64,000 nt of DNA, from the NCBI GenBank assembly GCA_964534625.1, contig CAZHRF010000001.1, forward strand, positions 3,562 through 67,561, read 5' to 3'. This DNA comes from an uncultured archaeon. Lineage in GTDB: Archaea > Asgardarchaeota > Heimdallarchaeia > Heimdallarchaeales > Heimdallarchaeaceae. The notes beneath the pieces were generated by a model that saw only the letters and a list, made by a program, of their open reading frames with translations, did not search any database and had not been told where the DNA came from. A program made the position numbers and the translations under genes. Positions 42,104-53,281 of this stretch are shown in pieces (within the stretch, counting starts at the first letter, position 1; each line of letters begins with the position of its first letter).

Positions 42104-44221
42104 ATGTCTAATAATCACTCTTTAAATGAGATTGTAGAAGCCATTGTATCTAAAACTAATTACTCAAAGGCTCAAATTCAAAATATGATTAATGAAAAAA
42201 TGGATGAGTTTGAAGATTTAGTTACTGAATTAGGTGCAGCTCATATTGTGGCGAAAGAATTAGGTGTTACTTTTTCTACAGAATCGAGCTCTCAACTTGT
42301 TCCCTCTATTACTTCTATTCACAGTTTAACTCCACAGCTAAATAATGTAAGTATTCAGGGGCGTATTCAAAAAATTTATAGTCACATAACCTTCAATAGA
42401 AAAGATGGTGAAGAGGGTATTTTGCAACCCTTTTTAATTGAAGACAAATCCGGTTCAATTAGGGTTGTTCTTTGGGGAAAAAAAGTCTATGAATTTCAAC
42501 AATCAGAGAGAGAGATTGGAACTCCGGTTAGATTAATTAATGGATATACTAGAGAAGGTAAATATCAACCTATTGAATTTCATTTAAATGATCAGTCGCA
42601 TTTTCAATTTAATCCTAGTGATCTAAATTCAAGCGATCTACCTCCTGTAAATAAAACATATACAAAGATCAATCAAGTAAAAGAAAATAGTATGGATATT
42701 TCTCTTCGATGTAAAATTATTGATATATCTGAAGTAACTGAATTTGTGAGAAATGATGGCAGTAAAGGTAAAGTCCGTAATATTTTTGTTGGTGATGAAA
42801 CTGGTCGGATAAGAATAAGTTTATGGGATGAAAAAACTGATTTGATTGATCCAGACAATAATGATCAAGTTATATGTGTTTTTGGTATAAATGCAAAAAG
42901 GAACAATAAAGGATATTTAGAATTACACTCATCAAAATTGACCAATATAAAAAAAGTTAAACTTCGGGAGGAGGAGGATTTTCACATTAAAAAAGAGACC
43001 AAAACTGTTGTATCTCAACCAGAAGAAGTAGGTTCTCTTTCTAAAATCAAATATGAAAATAAACTTATTTCTGTTACTGGATTAATTGTTTCAATTAGAC
43101 CCCTTCATAAATTTCAAAGAACTGATGATTCTGATGGCATGGTCAGGAATATACGGCTATCTGATAGAAGTGGAACAATTCGTGTTGTACTTTGGGATGA
43201 AAATGCACAGAAGATAACCGATGCTAACTTAAATACGATCGTTACTATAAGTGGAGGTTATACAAAAAAGAATCAGTATGGCGATATAGAAGTACATTGT
43301 GGCAATAAAAGTTTAATCAATACTGAAATATCTGAAACTCTCTCGAGAAGTAAATATGAGGTTGAATTTAAACCTATAAGTGATATATCATCAGAACTAA
43401 AGGAAGTACATATAAAAGGACTGGTGACTAATATTTATCCAATTAAATCTATTGTTACAAAAGATGGTAAGAATATACAATTACAATCTTTTCGATTAGC
43501 TGATAGTAGTGGTGAGATACGTTTAACTTGCTGGCGAAACAATATTAAAAAGTTAAATAATATAGGTGAAAATGAGCATATAAAAATTTTAAATGCTAGG
43601 GTGAAGAGTAATGATGAGTATGGAACGGAACTAACAATAACTGGAAAAACAATTGTAAAAAAAGTTGATGAAGTAGAACGAGAAAACTTTGGATTTATTT
43701 CAAGTGACTTGGTTAAAGATAATAGATCTGTTTATTCACACATTAAAAATATTGCCGATATAAACGAAAATGAGGAAGTAACTATTCAGGCCAGCATTGC
43801 AAAAGTAATAGACAGACCATTTGTATTTCCTCTCTGTCCCGATTGTAAAAAGAAATTACATGAAAATGAGGATGGTTTTGAATGTAAAACTCATGGTAAA
43901 TTAGAGATACCTGAATATTTGCTTTTATTTTCTTTCATTGCTAATGATGGTACGGGCAATGTACGTGTTGTATGTGGTGGTTCTTTAGCAGAGAAGATTG
44001 TTAATATGAGTGCAAATGAAGCGGCAAGTTTTGTAAACAAGGAAGGTTCAACGCGCGCTCCTTATTTATATTTAAAGGAGCAAGATTTTGAAGATAATGA
44101 ATATATAATTACAGGTTTAGTAAAAAATAATAGCTATTTCGATGCACTAGAATTAAAAGCAAAGGCAATTGATGTTATAGACTATACACCAATGACAAGG
44201 CAAATTATAAAACAAGTTTAA
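42104..44221 (+). CDS. rpa: replication protein A (multi-OB-fold ssDNA-binding protein with zinc ribbon)
   Basis: 705 aa. The N-terminal LGAAHIVAKELGV helix motif is typical of archaeal RPA. Four repeated OB-like units carry the G.IR..LW pattern, followed by a C-terminal CPDCKKKL...CKTHG zinc motif. Confidence 0.75.
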   Translation: MSNNHSLNEIVEAIVSKTNYSKAQIQNMINEKMDEFEDLVTELGAAHIVAKELGVTFSTESSSQLVPSITSIHSLTPQLNNVSIQGRIQKIYSHITFNRKDGEEGILQPFLIEDKSGSIRVVLWGKKVYEFQQSEREIGTPVRLINGYTREGKYQPIEFHLNDQSHFQFNPSDLNSSDLPPVNKTYTKINQVKENSMDISLRCKIIDISEVTEFVRNDGSKGKVRNIFVGDETGRIRISLWDEKTDLIDPDNNDQVICVFGINAKRNNKGYLELHSSKLTNIKKVKLREEEDFHIKKETKTVVSQPEEVGSLSKIKYENKLISVTGLIVSIRPLHKFQRTDDSDGMVRNIRLSDRSGTIRVVLWDENAQKITDANLNTIVTISGGYTKKNQYGDIEVHCGNKSLINTEISETLSRSKYEVEFKPISDISSELKEVHIKGLVTNIYPIKSIVTKDGKNIQLQSFRLADSSGEIRLTCWRNNIKKLNNIGENEHIKILNARVKSNDEYGTELTITGKTIVKKVDEVERENFGFISSDLVKDNRSVYSHIKNIADINENEEVTIQASIAKVIDRPFVFPLCPDCKKKLHENEDGFECKTHGKLEIPEYLLLFSFIANDGTGNVRVVCGGSLAEKIVNMSANEAASFVNKEGSTRAPYLYLKEQDFEDNEYIITGLVKNNSYFDALELKAKAIDVIDYTPMTRQIIKQV

Positions 44222-44256
44222 TTACTTATGAATCATGTATTATGAATTGTTTTGAT

Positions 44257-44334
44257 TGGTGCCCCGACCGGGATTTGAACCCGGGTCTGTGGAGTGAGAG
44301 TCCACAATTCTTGGCCGAACTATACTATCGGGGC
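44257..44334 (-). tRNA. tRNA-Glu(CUC), CCA encoded
   Basis: The reverse complement has acceptor GCCCCGA/TCGGGGC, anticodon arm GTGGA-CTCTCAC-TCCAC and T arm CCGGG-TTCAAAT-CCCGG. Confidence 0.85.
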
Positions 44335-44420
44335 TATAATAACACAAAAAGTGAAGGATTTTTTAAGTTTTCTTTTTAGTATAGTCTATCAGAAATTTAT
44401 GAAAATATGAGTTGATTAAT

Positions 44421-45257
44421 ATGCGTTATTTCATTAAAGTTTTTTATGATGGAACACAATATTTTGGATATCAAAGACAGCCAAAATTTCCTACAGTAGA
44501 AGAAAATATAATTAAAGGATTAAAAAATACTGGTTTTATAGATTCAGCAAAACAGAGTAATTTTAAAAGTGCAAGTAGAACAGACAAACACGTATCAGCA
44601 ATTGGTAATGTTTTTGCATTTAACACGGAGGATGAACCTCTTCTTGGTTTAATAAATTCAAAGATATCATTAGATTATTCAATTCTTTGCTGGGCTAAAA
44701 GTAAAGTTCCATCAACTTTATCGCCTAGAACTTCAATATCCAAAAAATATTGGTATGTGCTTCCTTGGGAGTATCTGAATAATACAACTGATTTATCTAT
44801 TATTCGGAGTTTATGTAAAAAATTTGAAGGTACTCATAATTTCAAGCTTTTTTGTAAAAATGATCATCGTAACACAATTAGATCAATTGATCAAGTGAAT
44901 GTGAAAAAATTCATGAACATTGTTATTTTTGAATTTGTTGGGGAATCATTCTTGTGGGCTCAAATAAGGCGCATAATGTTTTACCTCTTAAATTATTCCA
45001 CGTTTTCTTCTAAATATCAAGACGTCGAACATCTCTTAGAAAAGCCCGAACAAGTAAAAAATTTATATTTAAGGTCTGCAGATCCACATTATCTTGTACT
45101 AATTGACCATTATTTTGAAAATATTGAATGGACTGTTAATGACATAATTATTAATAAACTGAAAAAGATAATAAAGAATAAGTTACTTAACTATAAAAAG
45201 CAGTATTCTTTGTTTAACGCATTACATTTTCATGTTGATAATTTTATTAAAAAATAA
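44421..45257 (+). CDS. truA: tRNA pseudouridine synthase A
   Basis: YFIKVFYDGTQYFGYQRQP at the N-terminus and the catalytic-Asp motif SASRTDKHVSA. The ATG at 44421 is preferred over the listed upstream start. Confidence 0.75.
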   Translation: MRYFIKVFYDGTQYFGYQRQPKFPTVEENIIKGLKNTGFIDSAKQSNFKSASRTDKHVSAIGNVFAFNTEDEPLLGLINSKISLDYSILCWAKSKVPSTLSPRTSISKKYWYVLPWEYLNNTTDLSIIRSLCKKFEGTHNFKLFCKNDHRNTIRSIDQVNVKKFMNIVIFEFVGESFLWAQIRRIMFYLLNYSTFSSKYQDVEHLLEKPEQVKNLYLRSADPHYLVLIDHYFENIEWTVNDIIINKLKKIIKNKLLNYKKQYSLFNALHFHVDNFIKK

Positions 45258-45272
45258 GCTGATTATCTTTCT

Positions 45273-45890
45273 TTATTTGAAAAATTGTGAAAGAAACGTA
45301 CTGATGGCCACTATTATTATTAAATGAATAAATGAGATAATTATTAACTGAACTTTGATTTTATTTTTATTAGTTAGTTTAAGTAAAAAATAATTATTGA
45401 GTACGTTAAACATCAAATATGATAAAGAAAAATAGTTAATTAGAGAGATTTGAAACTCTTGAATTTGATAATTCAAAATTGAATAAAGAAATGAAAATAA
45501 AGGTGAAAAACCTGCAATAATAGCAATTGTTAGTGTTGTCACATATCTTATTAATGAGATTCGTTTTTGGTATATGGCAAGTGTATTTTCTTTTTCTTTC
45601 AAAGCTTTTTTTCTGTTTTTTATAAGATTTGATGTGATATTGATATCTTTGATTGCATTTTTTTTCTTTGTATTACTTAATGAAAGTAGTAATGTTTGGA
45701 TTAGTGGGAATTCAAAATCTATATCTTTTAATATTTCATTTAAACTTTTCCCAAACTGTAATTTAAAAGTTAATTCTTTAGGTATGTATCTTGACAAAAA
45801 AAATGCGCCCTCCATATTTTCCTCTTCTTGAAGACTATTCAATAAGTCATCTAATATTATATCATCACTATGTTCTAATTTCATTTTCAT
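45273..45890 (-). CDS. polytopic membrane protein (candidate pilus-assembly platform subunit)
   Basis: 205 aa, with a soluble N-terminal half and then TM helices. It lies downstream of the secretion ATPase in the same orientation. The assignment rests on context only. Confidence 0.35.
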   Translation of the reverse strand: MKMKLEHSDDIILDDLLNSLQEEENMEGAFFLSRYIPKELTFKLQFGKSLNEILKDIDFEFPLIQTLLLSLSNTKKKNAIKDINITSNLIKNRKKALKEKENTLAIYQKRISLIRYVTTLTIAIIAGFSPLFSFLYSILNYQIQEFQISLINYFSLSYLMFNVLNNYFLLKLTNKNKIKVQLIIISFIHLIIIVAISTFLSQFFK

Positions 45891-46677
45891 TACCTATTAT
45901 AGTTTTATTTTGTATGTATTGCAAAATATATGTACCAAAGAACCCATAAAAAACAGGAAAAAGAATGATTAAGAGGGAATCGTTGGGAACAACAAGTGAT
46001 ATGACCAAACTTAAAATTAATGGAAATAAGCAAGAAATTGCTATAAAAATGCTTATATTGTCTTCAATAAGAGCAATCTCTCTTTTTATATTAAGTAAAA
46101 ACTCGGGTTCTGACTCAATTATTATCGTTTGTTTTTTGATGTTTCTTAACATTCTTCTGTATTTTTCATTCAAAAAGATAGCACTTATCTCTTCAATTAT
46201 TTGATCTTCTTTACTGTTCCCAATATTCAGTTTGAATATTGCTTTTTGAAATGCTTTTTGATAATTTTCTTCTTCTAATTGATATTCGATAATATTTTCT
46301 AGTGCATGAGGAAATGAGTTTAAAACTGTCATATTAATGGAAAGGGAATTTAAAGTAAGAAATGCTTTTTCATCAAATTTTTGGTGTTTTTGTATTATCT
46401 TGCTTCTAGTATAATGAATGCAGATTAGCATGTTTAGTATGCCCATAAATAATGAAAGAATTAGTGCATTAGCTATTTTCCATTTCAATAACTGTGTGAA
46501 AAAGATAAATAGTGTGAGTGTGATACTGCCTGAAATATTTCTGAATTGCATTAATCTTTTTTTATCTTCATTTGTGAAGAAATGTTTTGTCTTATTATTC
46601 ATGTTTTTTACTGTTAAATACTCTAAAAAGGTTAATTCTTCATTAAAAATCTCTTTTAATTCATTGTCTTGTTTCAA
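45868..46677 (-). CDS. polytopic membrane protein (candidate TadB/TadC/FlaJ-like platform subunit)
   Basis: 269 aa with alternating TM and cytoplasmic segments. It lies immediately downstream of the ATPase gene and overlaps the next gene. The assignment rests on context only. Confidence 0.35.
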   Translation of the reverse strand: MKQDNELKEIFNEELTFLEYLTVKNMNNKTKHFFTNEDKKRLMQFRNISGSITLTLFIFFTQLLKWKIANALILSLFMGILNMLICIHYTRSKIIQKHQKFDEKAFLTLNSLSINMTVLNSFPHALENIIEYQLEEENYQKAFQKAIFKLNIGNSKEDQIIEEISAIFLNEKYRRMLRNIKKQTIIIESEPEFLLNIKREIALIEDNISIFIAISCLFPLILSLVISLVVPNDSLLIILFPVFYGFFGTYILQYIQNKTIIGNENEIRT

Positions 46678-46697
46678 GCAAATTTTCCTCCGTTTGT

Positions 46698-48044
46698 TTA
46701 TTTATTATAAACTGTTTTTTTTTGTCCAAAATCACAAATCTCTTTTTCTTTAATAGCCTCAAAAAATCTTTTTTCATCCCATCCTCTTTCAAATATTTTG
46801 AAAAAATTTGGTCGTTCCTGTTTTTTTTCATTCGTGTTTTTTTGTATTTCAAATATTTGTTTTATCTGTCTAGCAATCCCATCTGTTCTAACATTTTTTT
46901 CCATTACAATTATTAAATCTAACGAAAAAAAATCACTTGGTTTAATGCTGTGAATATTTTCCCATCTTCTCAATATTTTTTCTAATTTATCGGAATGTGT
47001 AGTCTGAATACCTTTTAATCCCGCATTTAGTGCTTCAAACATGGCTTGAGTATGTTCTTTTGATTGGATTTCTCCCAAATATATCCAATCCGGTGATCTA
47101 TGTAGTAATCTTAATATTTCTGATGTTTTAGTATACTTTTTATCAATAACTTCAAATGAATCAACTTGTATTCTGAGTTGTTTATACCCCATCTCAGTTT
47201 GATCTATTGATTCAATAGCATCCTCAATTGTTATCTTCCGCCAATGTTTTGGAGTATGTAAATCTAGTGCGTTAGCTAATGTGGTTTTTCCAGAATTTGG
47301 TTCTCCCACGATAGTTATGTTGCGTCTTTTATTTATCATAGTCACAAGATATTGAGCAATAAAAGATGGTAAGGTCTTGGCTTTCACTAAATCATGTAAT
47401 TGTAACGGTTTTCTTTTTAGTTTTCTAATATTAAATGTAGGGCCATTTGGTGATAATGGGGGAAAATCAATAGCTATACGTGAATGAAATTTTTTAGTTT
47501 GCCATTCTATTTTTACTGATGGATTAGATTGATTTATCCAAATGGGATGTTCTAGTTTAATTCTTGTTACAAGAGCATCAAATTCTTCTTCCTGTAATAT
47601 AATTTCTGTATTGCATCTTCCAAATATTTGATGATCAATATAGATTTCGGTACCTTTTTTATCCATATAAATCTCATCAACAAGATCATCAATAAGAAAA
47701 GGCATTAATCTATCTAATTTAGTAATGTGATAAACAAAAAGTTCTAAGATTTCCTCTGTCTCTAAATCGCTTTTTTCTTCTATTATTCTCCATAGTCCTA
47801 TCGATTTAATTTTTGAAATTAATTCATCAAAAGATAATACTCTGTTACAAAAGAGGTTTTTATTGGTAAGTAATATATCATATAATTCCGTTTTCAATAT
47901 TGGTTTTGCGTCAAAATCTAGTTTTGCTTTAAAGTAATAGCTAGTTTTATCACCAATGGATTTTATTCTAATATTATATCCGTCTATTGAATACTCTCGG
48001 TAACACCTTTTATCCAATTGAGTTTTGTTATATAAGATTTTCAT
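46698..48044 (-). CDS. type II/IV secretion-family ATPase (FlaI/PilB/TadA-like)
   Basis: 448 aa with Walker A GEPNSGKTTLANAL, Walker B-like DWIYLGEI and the motif HTQAMFEALNAG...TTH, typical of VirB11/FlaI-type ATPases. Confidence 0.75.
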   Translation of the reverse strand: MKILYNKTQLDKRCYREYSIDGYNIRIKSIGDKTSYYFKAKLDFDAKPILKTELYDILLTNKNLFCNRVLSFDELISKIKSIGLWRIIEEKSDLETEEILELFVYHITKLDRLMPFLIDDLVDEIYMDKKGTEIYIDHQIFGRCNTEIILQEEEFDALVTRIKLEHPIWINQSNPSVKIEWQTKKFHSRIAIDFPPLSPNGPTFNIRKLKRKPLQLHDLVKAKTLPSFIAQYLVTMINKRRNITIVGEPNSGKTTLANALDLHTPKHWRKITIEDAIESIDQTEMGYKQLRIQVDSFEVIDKKYTKTSEILRLLHRSPDWIYLGEIQSKEHTQAMFEALNAGLKGIQTTHSDKLEKILRRWENIHSIKPSDFFSLDLIIVMEKNVRTDGIARQIKQIFEIQKNTNEKKQERPNFFKIFERGWDEKRFFEAIKEKEICDFGQKKTVYNK

Positions 48045-48156
48045 TCATCTCTTTTACTCATTAATCCTTTATCAACTCCTCATTTTTTATTATGATTTTC
48101 AGTTCTGCTATCAAAAGTTTAAATAATCAAAACTTTCTTTTTTTGTTGTGAAATAA

Positions 48157-49122
48157 ATGAATTTGCAGTATGATATCATGTGGACAGAAAAATATCGACC
48201 TAAAAGTCTTAAGAGCATTATAGGCCATAGCGACATTATTAGTCGATTGAATGGTTTTGTAGAAAAAAACAATTTACCCCATCTGCTGTTTGCTGGACCA
48301 CCTGGAACAGGAAAAACAACTGCGGTTTTGGCTTTGGCAAATGATCTTTTTAAAAAAACAAATGTATCACGTAATTTACTTGAGCTTAATGCTTCTGATG
48401 AAAGAGGTATTGATATTGTGAGAACCAAAATTAAAGAATTTGCTCGAACCATGCCATATGGAAATGCCCCATTTAAGATTATATGTTTAGATGAAGCAGA
48501 TAGCTTAACTTCAGCAGCACAACATGCTTTAAGAAGAACAATGGAACAATATGTGCGAACTAGTCGTTTTGCTCTTATTTGTAACTATTCAAGTAAAATT
48601 ATTGAACCTGTTCAATCACGTTGTGCCACTTTCAGATTTGGACCTTTGGAACCAACAGCTGTTCGGAGTTTTATAGAAGATATCTGTGAGCGAGAAAATA
48701 TTCCCTTTACAAAGGGGGGAATTGATGCTATCCTTTATATTTCAGAAGGGGATTTAAGGAAGTGTATAAACATATTGCAAGCAACTGCTGCATCAGGTAA
48801 CTCAATCGAACATGAAAATGTACTTAAGACTGTTGGTCATGCAAATCCCGAAAAAATAAAACTAATGTTAAAAACAGCTTTAGATGGTCGTTTTGAAGAA
48901 TCACGAAAAAATCTAAATGAGTTAACACTTGAATATGGTTTATCCGCAAATGATGTTATAAAACAAATTTATAGAGAATTATCGTCTTTACCCATCAGTT
49001 CTCAAAAAAAATTAGTTATATTGGAGTATCTTGCTGAAGTTGACTTCCGTATTACCGAAGGTGCGTCGGGTAATATTCAAATTGGTGCGTTTTTGGCTCG
49101 TTTATCAAGAGAAGGCATTTAA
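48157..49122 (+). CDS. rfcS: replication factor C small subunit
   Basis: 321 aa with WTEKYRP, GPPGTGKTT, LDEAD and the SRC motif (QSRCATFRF). Confidence 0.9.
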   Translation: MNLQYDIMWTEKYRPKSLKSIIGHSDIISRLNGFVEKNNLPHLLFAGPPGTGKTTAVLALANDLFKKTNVSRNLLELNASDERGIDIVRTKIKEFARTMPYGNAPFKIICLDEADSLTSAAQHALRRTMEQYVRTSRFALICNYSSKIIEPVQSRCATFRFGPLEPTAVRSFIEDICERENIPFTKGGIDAILYISEGDLRKCINILQATAASGNSIEHENVLKTVGHANPEKIKLMLKTALDGRFEESRKNLNELTLEYGLSANDVIKQIYRELSSLPISSQKKLVILEYLAEVDFRITEGASGNIQIGAFLARLSREGI

Positions 49123-50168
49123 GTATTATTAAATTGTTTTTTCCAATTACTCGACAATTTTTTATATATTTGGTCAACAGCTTTTTGGTGATTATAAGAA
49201 TAAATAAATTCTGCATGATCTCTGATTGTAAACTCTGCAACTTTTGTTGATTTAGATACTAACTTTTGTGTCAGTACGGAAGAACTACTTAATCTTTTTG
49301 CGAATAATTTGTCTGCTACATATGCGCTTGCAGCTGCAAATGACAATGGTCTCCTTCCGCCCCTGTCCTTGTTTGGTATTTTTTGTAGTATTCTAAAACA
49401 AAGAAGTTGTAAGATATTTTCATATACATATGGATCTATTCCATATTTTTTCTTTAACCTTTTTTTAATTTCATCATTTGTACTAATTGAGGCGCAGATT
49501 CTTGCTATATATTCTTCACTTCTCCTGATTTTTGTTGTATGCATTTTAACGTTTAAATCTTGCATAAGACCGAGTAGATTTTTACCCATTACTCTGTGAC
49601 CCAATTTTTCGTATGTTGAAACCATTTCTCTCAAAGTTATGGGACAATTTCTGCCTTGTTCCCTTATTGCAAGCAATAAACACATAGCAGATAAGAGGAC
49701 ATGATTTGTGATTTTTTCTGCTTTTTCTTTTTGATATTTTTTATATAAATAAACAGCTCTATATCTTGTTTGTTCTGATATATGATGTTGAGAACATACA
49801 TTTTCTAGAATTTTGAATACTCTATGATCAGTCTCTTTTCCTTGTAAAGCAACAGGAACATGATAAAATGATTTGAATTTGCGGAATTTTTGTTGTTTTG
49901 TTTTACTAATCATGTTTCCATTTACATCCCTAAAAAAGTATTCTTCTATCGCTCCAATTGATGTACCTAATGAACTTGCAGCACCCAAATGGTTATTTAC
50001 TGCAGTATATTGTTGTTTTGTCCTATTGTCTTGTTTTACTACATTTCCCAGTTGATAAGTTGAGTCCTCTAGTACTGTCTCACAAACCAAACCACACTGT
50101 TCACAAACATATAGTCCATCTTTTTTAATTGTTCGTGATCCACATTCATCACACATGTAATCATTCAT
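49119..50168 (-). CDS. tfb: transcription initiation factor TFB (TFIIB homolog)
   Basis: 349 aa with an N-terminal zinc ribbon CDECGS...CEQCG followed by two cyclin-like repeats. Confidence 0.8.
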   Translation of the reverse strand: MNDYMCDECGSRTIKKDGLYVCEQCGLVCETVLEDSTYQLGNVVKQDNRTKQQYTAVNNHLGAASSLGTSIGAIEEYFFRDVNGNMISKTKQQKFRKFKSFYHVPVALQGKETDHRVFKILENVCSQHHISEQTRYRAVYLYKKYQKEKAEKITNHVLLSAMCLLLAIREQGRNCPITLREMVSTYEKLGHRVMGKNLLGLMQDLNVKMHTTKIRRSEEYIARICASISTNDEIKKRLKKKYGIDPYVYENILQLLCFRILQKIPNKDRGGRRPLSFAAASAYVADKLFAKRLSSSSVLTQKLVSKSTKVAEFTIRDHAEFIYSYNHQKAVDQIYKKLSSNWKKQFNNT

Positions 50169-50404
50169 ATTATCTACTAAAATCAGTCATTTCTAATACT
50201 TTATAGCTTTTTGTGATTGAAATGTTGGTTAAATGACGGTGGCCTCCGAAGGATTATATAAGTAATCTTTTTGACTTTACTTTATTAGTTATATGTGAGA
50301 GATAATTGAAAGTAAAGCCAGAAAAAATAGATATATTATCCAGACCATTTTACGAAATCGAAAAATTGTGTGGTTTTTAAAAAAACGTGCATATTAACAT
50401 CAAG

Positions 50405-53281
50405 ATGAAAAAAGTATTTACATTACTATTATTGGTAGTCATTACAATTTATTCGTTTTCTGATTTAAATATATCATCGTCGCAAGGGATGAATTCGATT
50501 CAAGCATTCGAAAAACCTGATATTCAGCAAATTAATTTTCCTATAGTTGAACATAAGGAGAATGTTTCAAAATCTTCCTCCTCGACGGATTTATATCAAG
50601 GTTTTTCTTCCACTGATCATGTGTTAAATTCTGAATCATATGACACAAATGAAACACAAAGACTTCTCTCTTCTCTAAATGAGACTTATAATCCCTCTAT
50701 TTCTATTTCTGGGAACTATGAAAAGGAAAATTTCATAGAAAACATGGGCACAAACCTGAATGTTTTGGATCTTCCGTATAAAGGGAATTATAGTGTTAAT
50801 GCAAATATAACAAATCTCTGCGCAAAACACATCAAAAACGGTGATGCGGAGAAAAACCAACCGTTTTATAGTGATACAGTAAGTGTGGCTGGTGAACAGT
50901 TATCTAGAACATTTAACAGCGCAGAAGAAAATTGGGTTTGGGCATTAGATGTACAAAACACAGAACAGTTAAAATATGCGATTTATCCTGAAAAATTGCC
51001 TCTATTTCACCATGACATCATGGTTAGTTATGACTTCTATTTAAATTCGAGTTCTTCCATTAAAGATGTTGCAAATGCTTCTCTCTTGGTTGACTTAATT
51101 TTTGATGAGTTACGGATTATTATTGTTAACTGGCATTCTTATACTGATGTGAGCTATCTTGGAGTAAATGAAACTGCCAATTATAAATTGGTTCAAGATA
51201 ATACAAATTGGGATAACAATTGGTATTCTTATTCATTGAATATTTCACAGTTGATAATAAATAATCAATTGGAAAAACCAATGACACTAGACTCAGTAGG
51301 TTTTTTTGTGACATCTCCCGAATATTCAGAGAGCAAAATTCTTTTTGATAATTTTCAAATAAATTCGAATTTTGCTCCCTCTGATGTTGATTTACATATC
51401 AATAACATTCCTGTTTTAAATACGTATAACGGGGGTGAATTTCAACTAGATATTGGTTTTATTGATAATCTTGAAAATACAGCATATGATCTTGATTGGT
51501 TCCACAATTGTACTTATGAAATAGAGTTTGATCATATATATCTTATACATGGGACGATTTATTTTGAATATTTTATTGATTTTAATCTCAGAGATTCTGA
51601 TTATTTCGTGTACAATATTACATCTGCAAGTTTAGATATACCTGTCCAAGAAATTTTTCTTATCTTTCCTTCTTACTGGATTTTAGATTCTTTAAAGAGC
51701 CCAAGTTTAATTACTAATTGTAATGTGATGAATGATACTCATTGTATTGCTTTTTTTATCTTAAATGGTAGTTCTACTTTTAGTTGTTCTTTTAATATTT
51801 TTAATACGATTGTAGATTATTTAGTAGATAAGGTGTCCATTTTTGAAACTCTCAACGTTTCTTTTGATTTAGGAGGTATTAATATCCCTTCAATGCATAT
51901 TTTTTGGTTTGGTTCTGATTCTGGTTACTATTCTTTTTCATTGGATACCCATTTTATTTCTTATACATTTCCTTCGACAATTTTGAATGGTACATATTTA
52001 ATCCATTTTGCATGCATTTATGACAATTATATTGGATATAGAACTATAGAAATTCAACTGAATCGCATACCCGCAAATTTTTTATATAAAGACAACTTAT
52101 TGTTACCGCAATATGGCTTAAAGAATTTCACCTTTGCTTATCTAGATTTCTTTAATTCAAAGAAAATTACTAATACCACAGTATTAGCTATGTTGGGTGA
52201 ATATACTATAGATGTAAAAGAATTGCCTGAGTATTATGTTTTACCGATTTCAGCCTATTATCTCACAACTGGTAATTATACCATTAAAATTTTTATAAAA
52301 TCGCCCACTCACGCTACTGTCTCACACCAACTGACTTTTTTTGTTTATAATAGTGTGATTAATATATCTTTTTCTCACTATCCTCTGAATTATAGGTACT
52401 ATGAATTAGAGTTTAACTTGTCTAGTAGTAATACTCCAGTAGCTTTCGCATCCTTAAAGTTGTCTATTTGTAATAATCTAACTTTTTATGGATCTTCTGA
52501 TAATTTTGGAACTTATAAAGTGATGATCCCTTTTTCCTTTTATGGTGAATCTTTGTCAATTGAATTGAGTTTTTTGAATCAACATTCCATATTTTTGAAA
52601 AAAACGTTTCAGGTCAACTTCATGTTTTCCAATGTTGATTATAATCGAAGTAATGATGAGTTACTCATAACAAACAATTTAACCTTAGTATATGATTTGT
52701 TCTATCCAGAAGGAGATTCAATTTGGTTTCTTAGTGTTGAAGATGAAATGTTACCTATTTTAGATGCTTACATTACCACAAAAACTGATTATATACCTGT
52801 GATAGTTGAGGACGAGGTAATTTATTGGCATACGTCAAAAGAACAAAATTTAAAGGGACACAAACTTGTTATACTAACTAATGGTTTTTCTTATGATGCA
52901 GAAGAAAACCTATCTGGCGATTCTCCTACTATTTCTTTTAAATTTATAGCAACTAAAAATTTGCATAATCTCTCTTTTATATATTCAATAAATGAATCTT
53001 TCAACTTTTTTGAATATGATTGGGTATTAATGGCAACTGATAATCAAGATGTGAGTAAACATCATTCAATGATAATTACAAAACGTTATCTTTATCTGAC
53101 GAATATCTCTCTAGGTGAGGATGTTTCTTTGGCTTTATATCTTATTGGTAGTAAAACAGAAACTAATTCTTTTCCCATCGTTGTTCCCCTTCTCTCTTCT
53201 GGCAGTCTTTTATTGGTTGTTGGGTCATTACTGGTTTCTAAAATATATATGAAGAGAAAAGCGATGATTATTGAACTTTAG
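50405..53281 (+). CDS. large secreted, C-terminally anchored glycoprotein candidate (surface/S-layer-like)
   Basis: About 958 aa from the ATG at 50405, with a signal peptide (MKKVFTLLLLVVITIYSF) and a C-terminal TM helix plus a basic tail. N-x-S/T sequons are very frequent. No family was recognised. Confidence 0.5.
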   Translation: MKKVFTLLLLVVITIYSFSDLNISSSQGMNSIQAFEKPDIQQINFPIVEHKENVSKSSSSTDLYQGFSSTDHVLNSESYDTNETQRLLSSLNETYNPSISISGNYEKENFIENMGTNLNVLDLPYKGNYSVNANITNLCAKHIKNGDAEKNQPFYSDTVSVAGEQLSRTFNSAEENWVWALDVQNTEQLKYAIYPEKLPLFHHDIMVSYDFYLNSSSSIKDVANASLLVDLIFDELRIIIVNWHSYTDVSYLGVNETANYKLVQDNTNWDNNWYSYSLNISQLIINNQLEKPMTLDSVGFFVTSPEYSESKILFDNFQINSNFAPSDVDLHINNIPVLNTYNGGEFQLDIGFIDNLENTAYDLDWFHNCTYEIEFDHIYLIHGTIYFEYFIDFNLRDSDYFVYNITSASLDIPVQEIFLIFPSYWILDSLKSPSLITNCNVMNDTHCIAFFILNGSSTFSCSFNIFNTIVDYLVDKVSIFETLNVSFDLGGINIPSMHIFWFGSDSGYYSFSLDTHFISYTFPSTILNGTYLIHFACIYDNYIGYRTIEIQLNRIPANFLYKDNLLLPQYGLKNFTFAYLDFFNSKKITNTTVLAMLGEYTIDVKELPEYYVLPISAYYLTTGNYTIKIFIKSPTHATVSHQLTFFVYNSVINISFSHYPLNYRYYELEFNLSSSNTPVAFASLKLSICNNLTFYGSSDNFGTYKVMIPFSFYGESLSIELSFLNQHSIFLKKTFQVNFMFSNVDYNRSNDELLITNNLTLVYDLFYPEGDSIWFLSVEDEMLPILDAYITTKTDYIPVIVEDEVIYWHTSKEQNLKGHKLVILTNGFSYDAEENLSGDSPTISFKFIATKNLHNLSFIYSINESFNFFEYDWVLMATDNQDVSKHHSMIITKRYLYLTNISLGEDVSLALYLIGSKTETNSFPIVVPLLSSGSLLLVVGSLLVSKIYMKRKAMIIEL

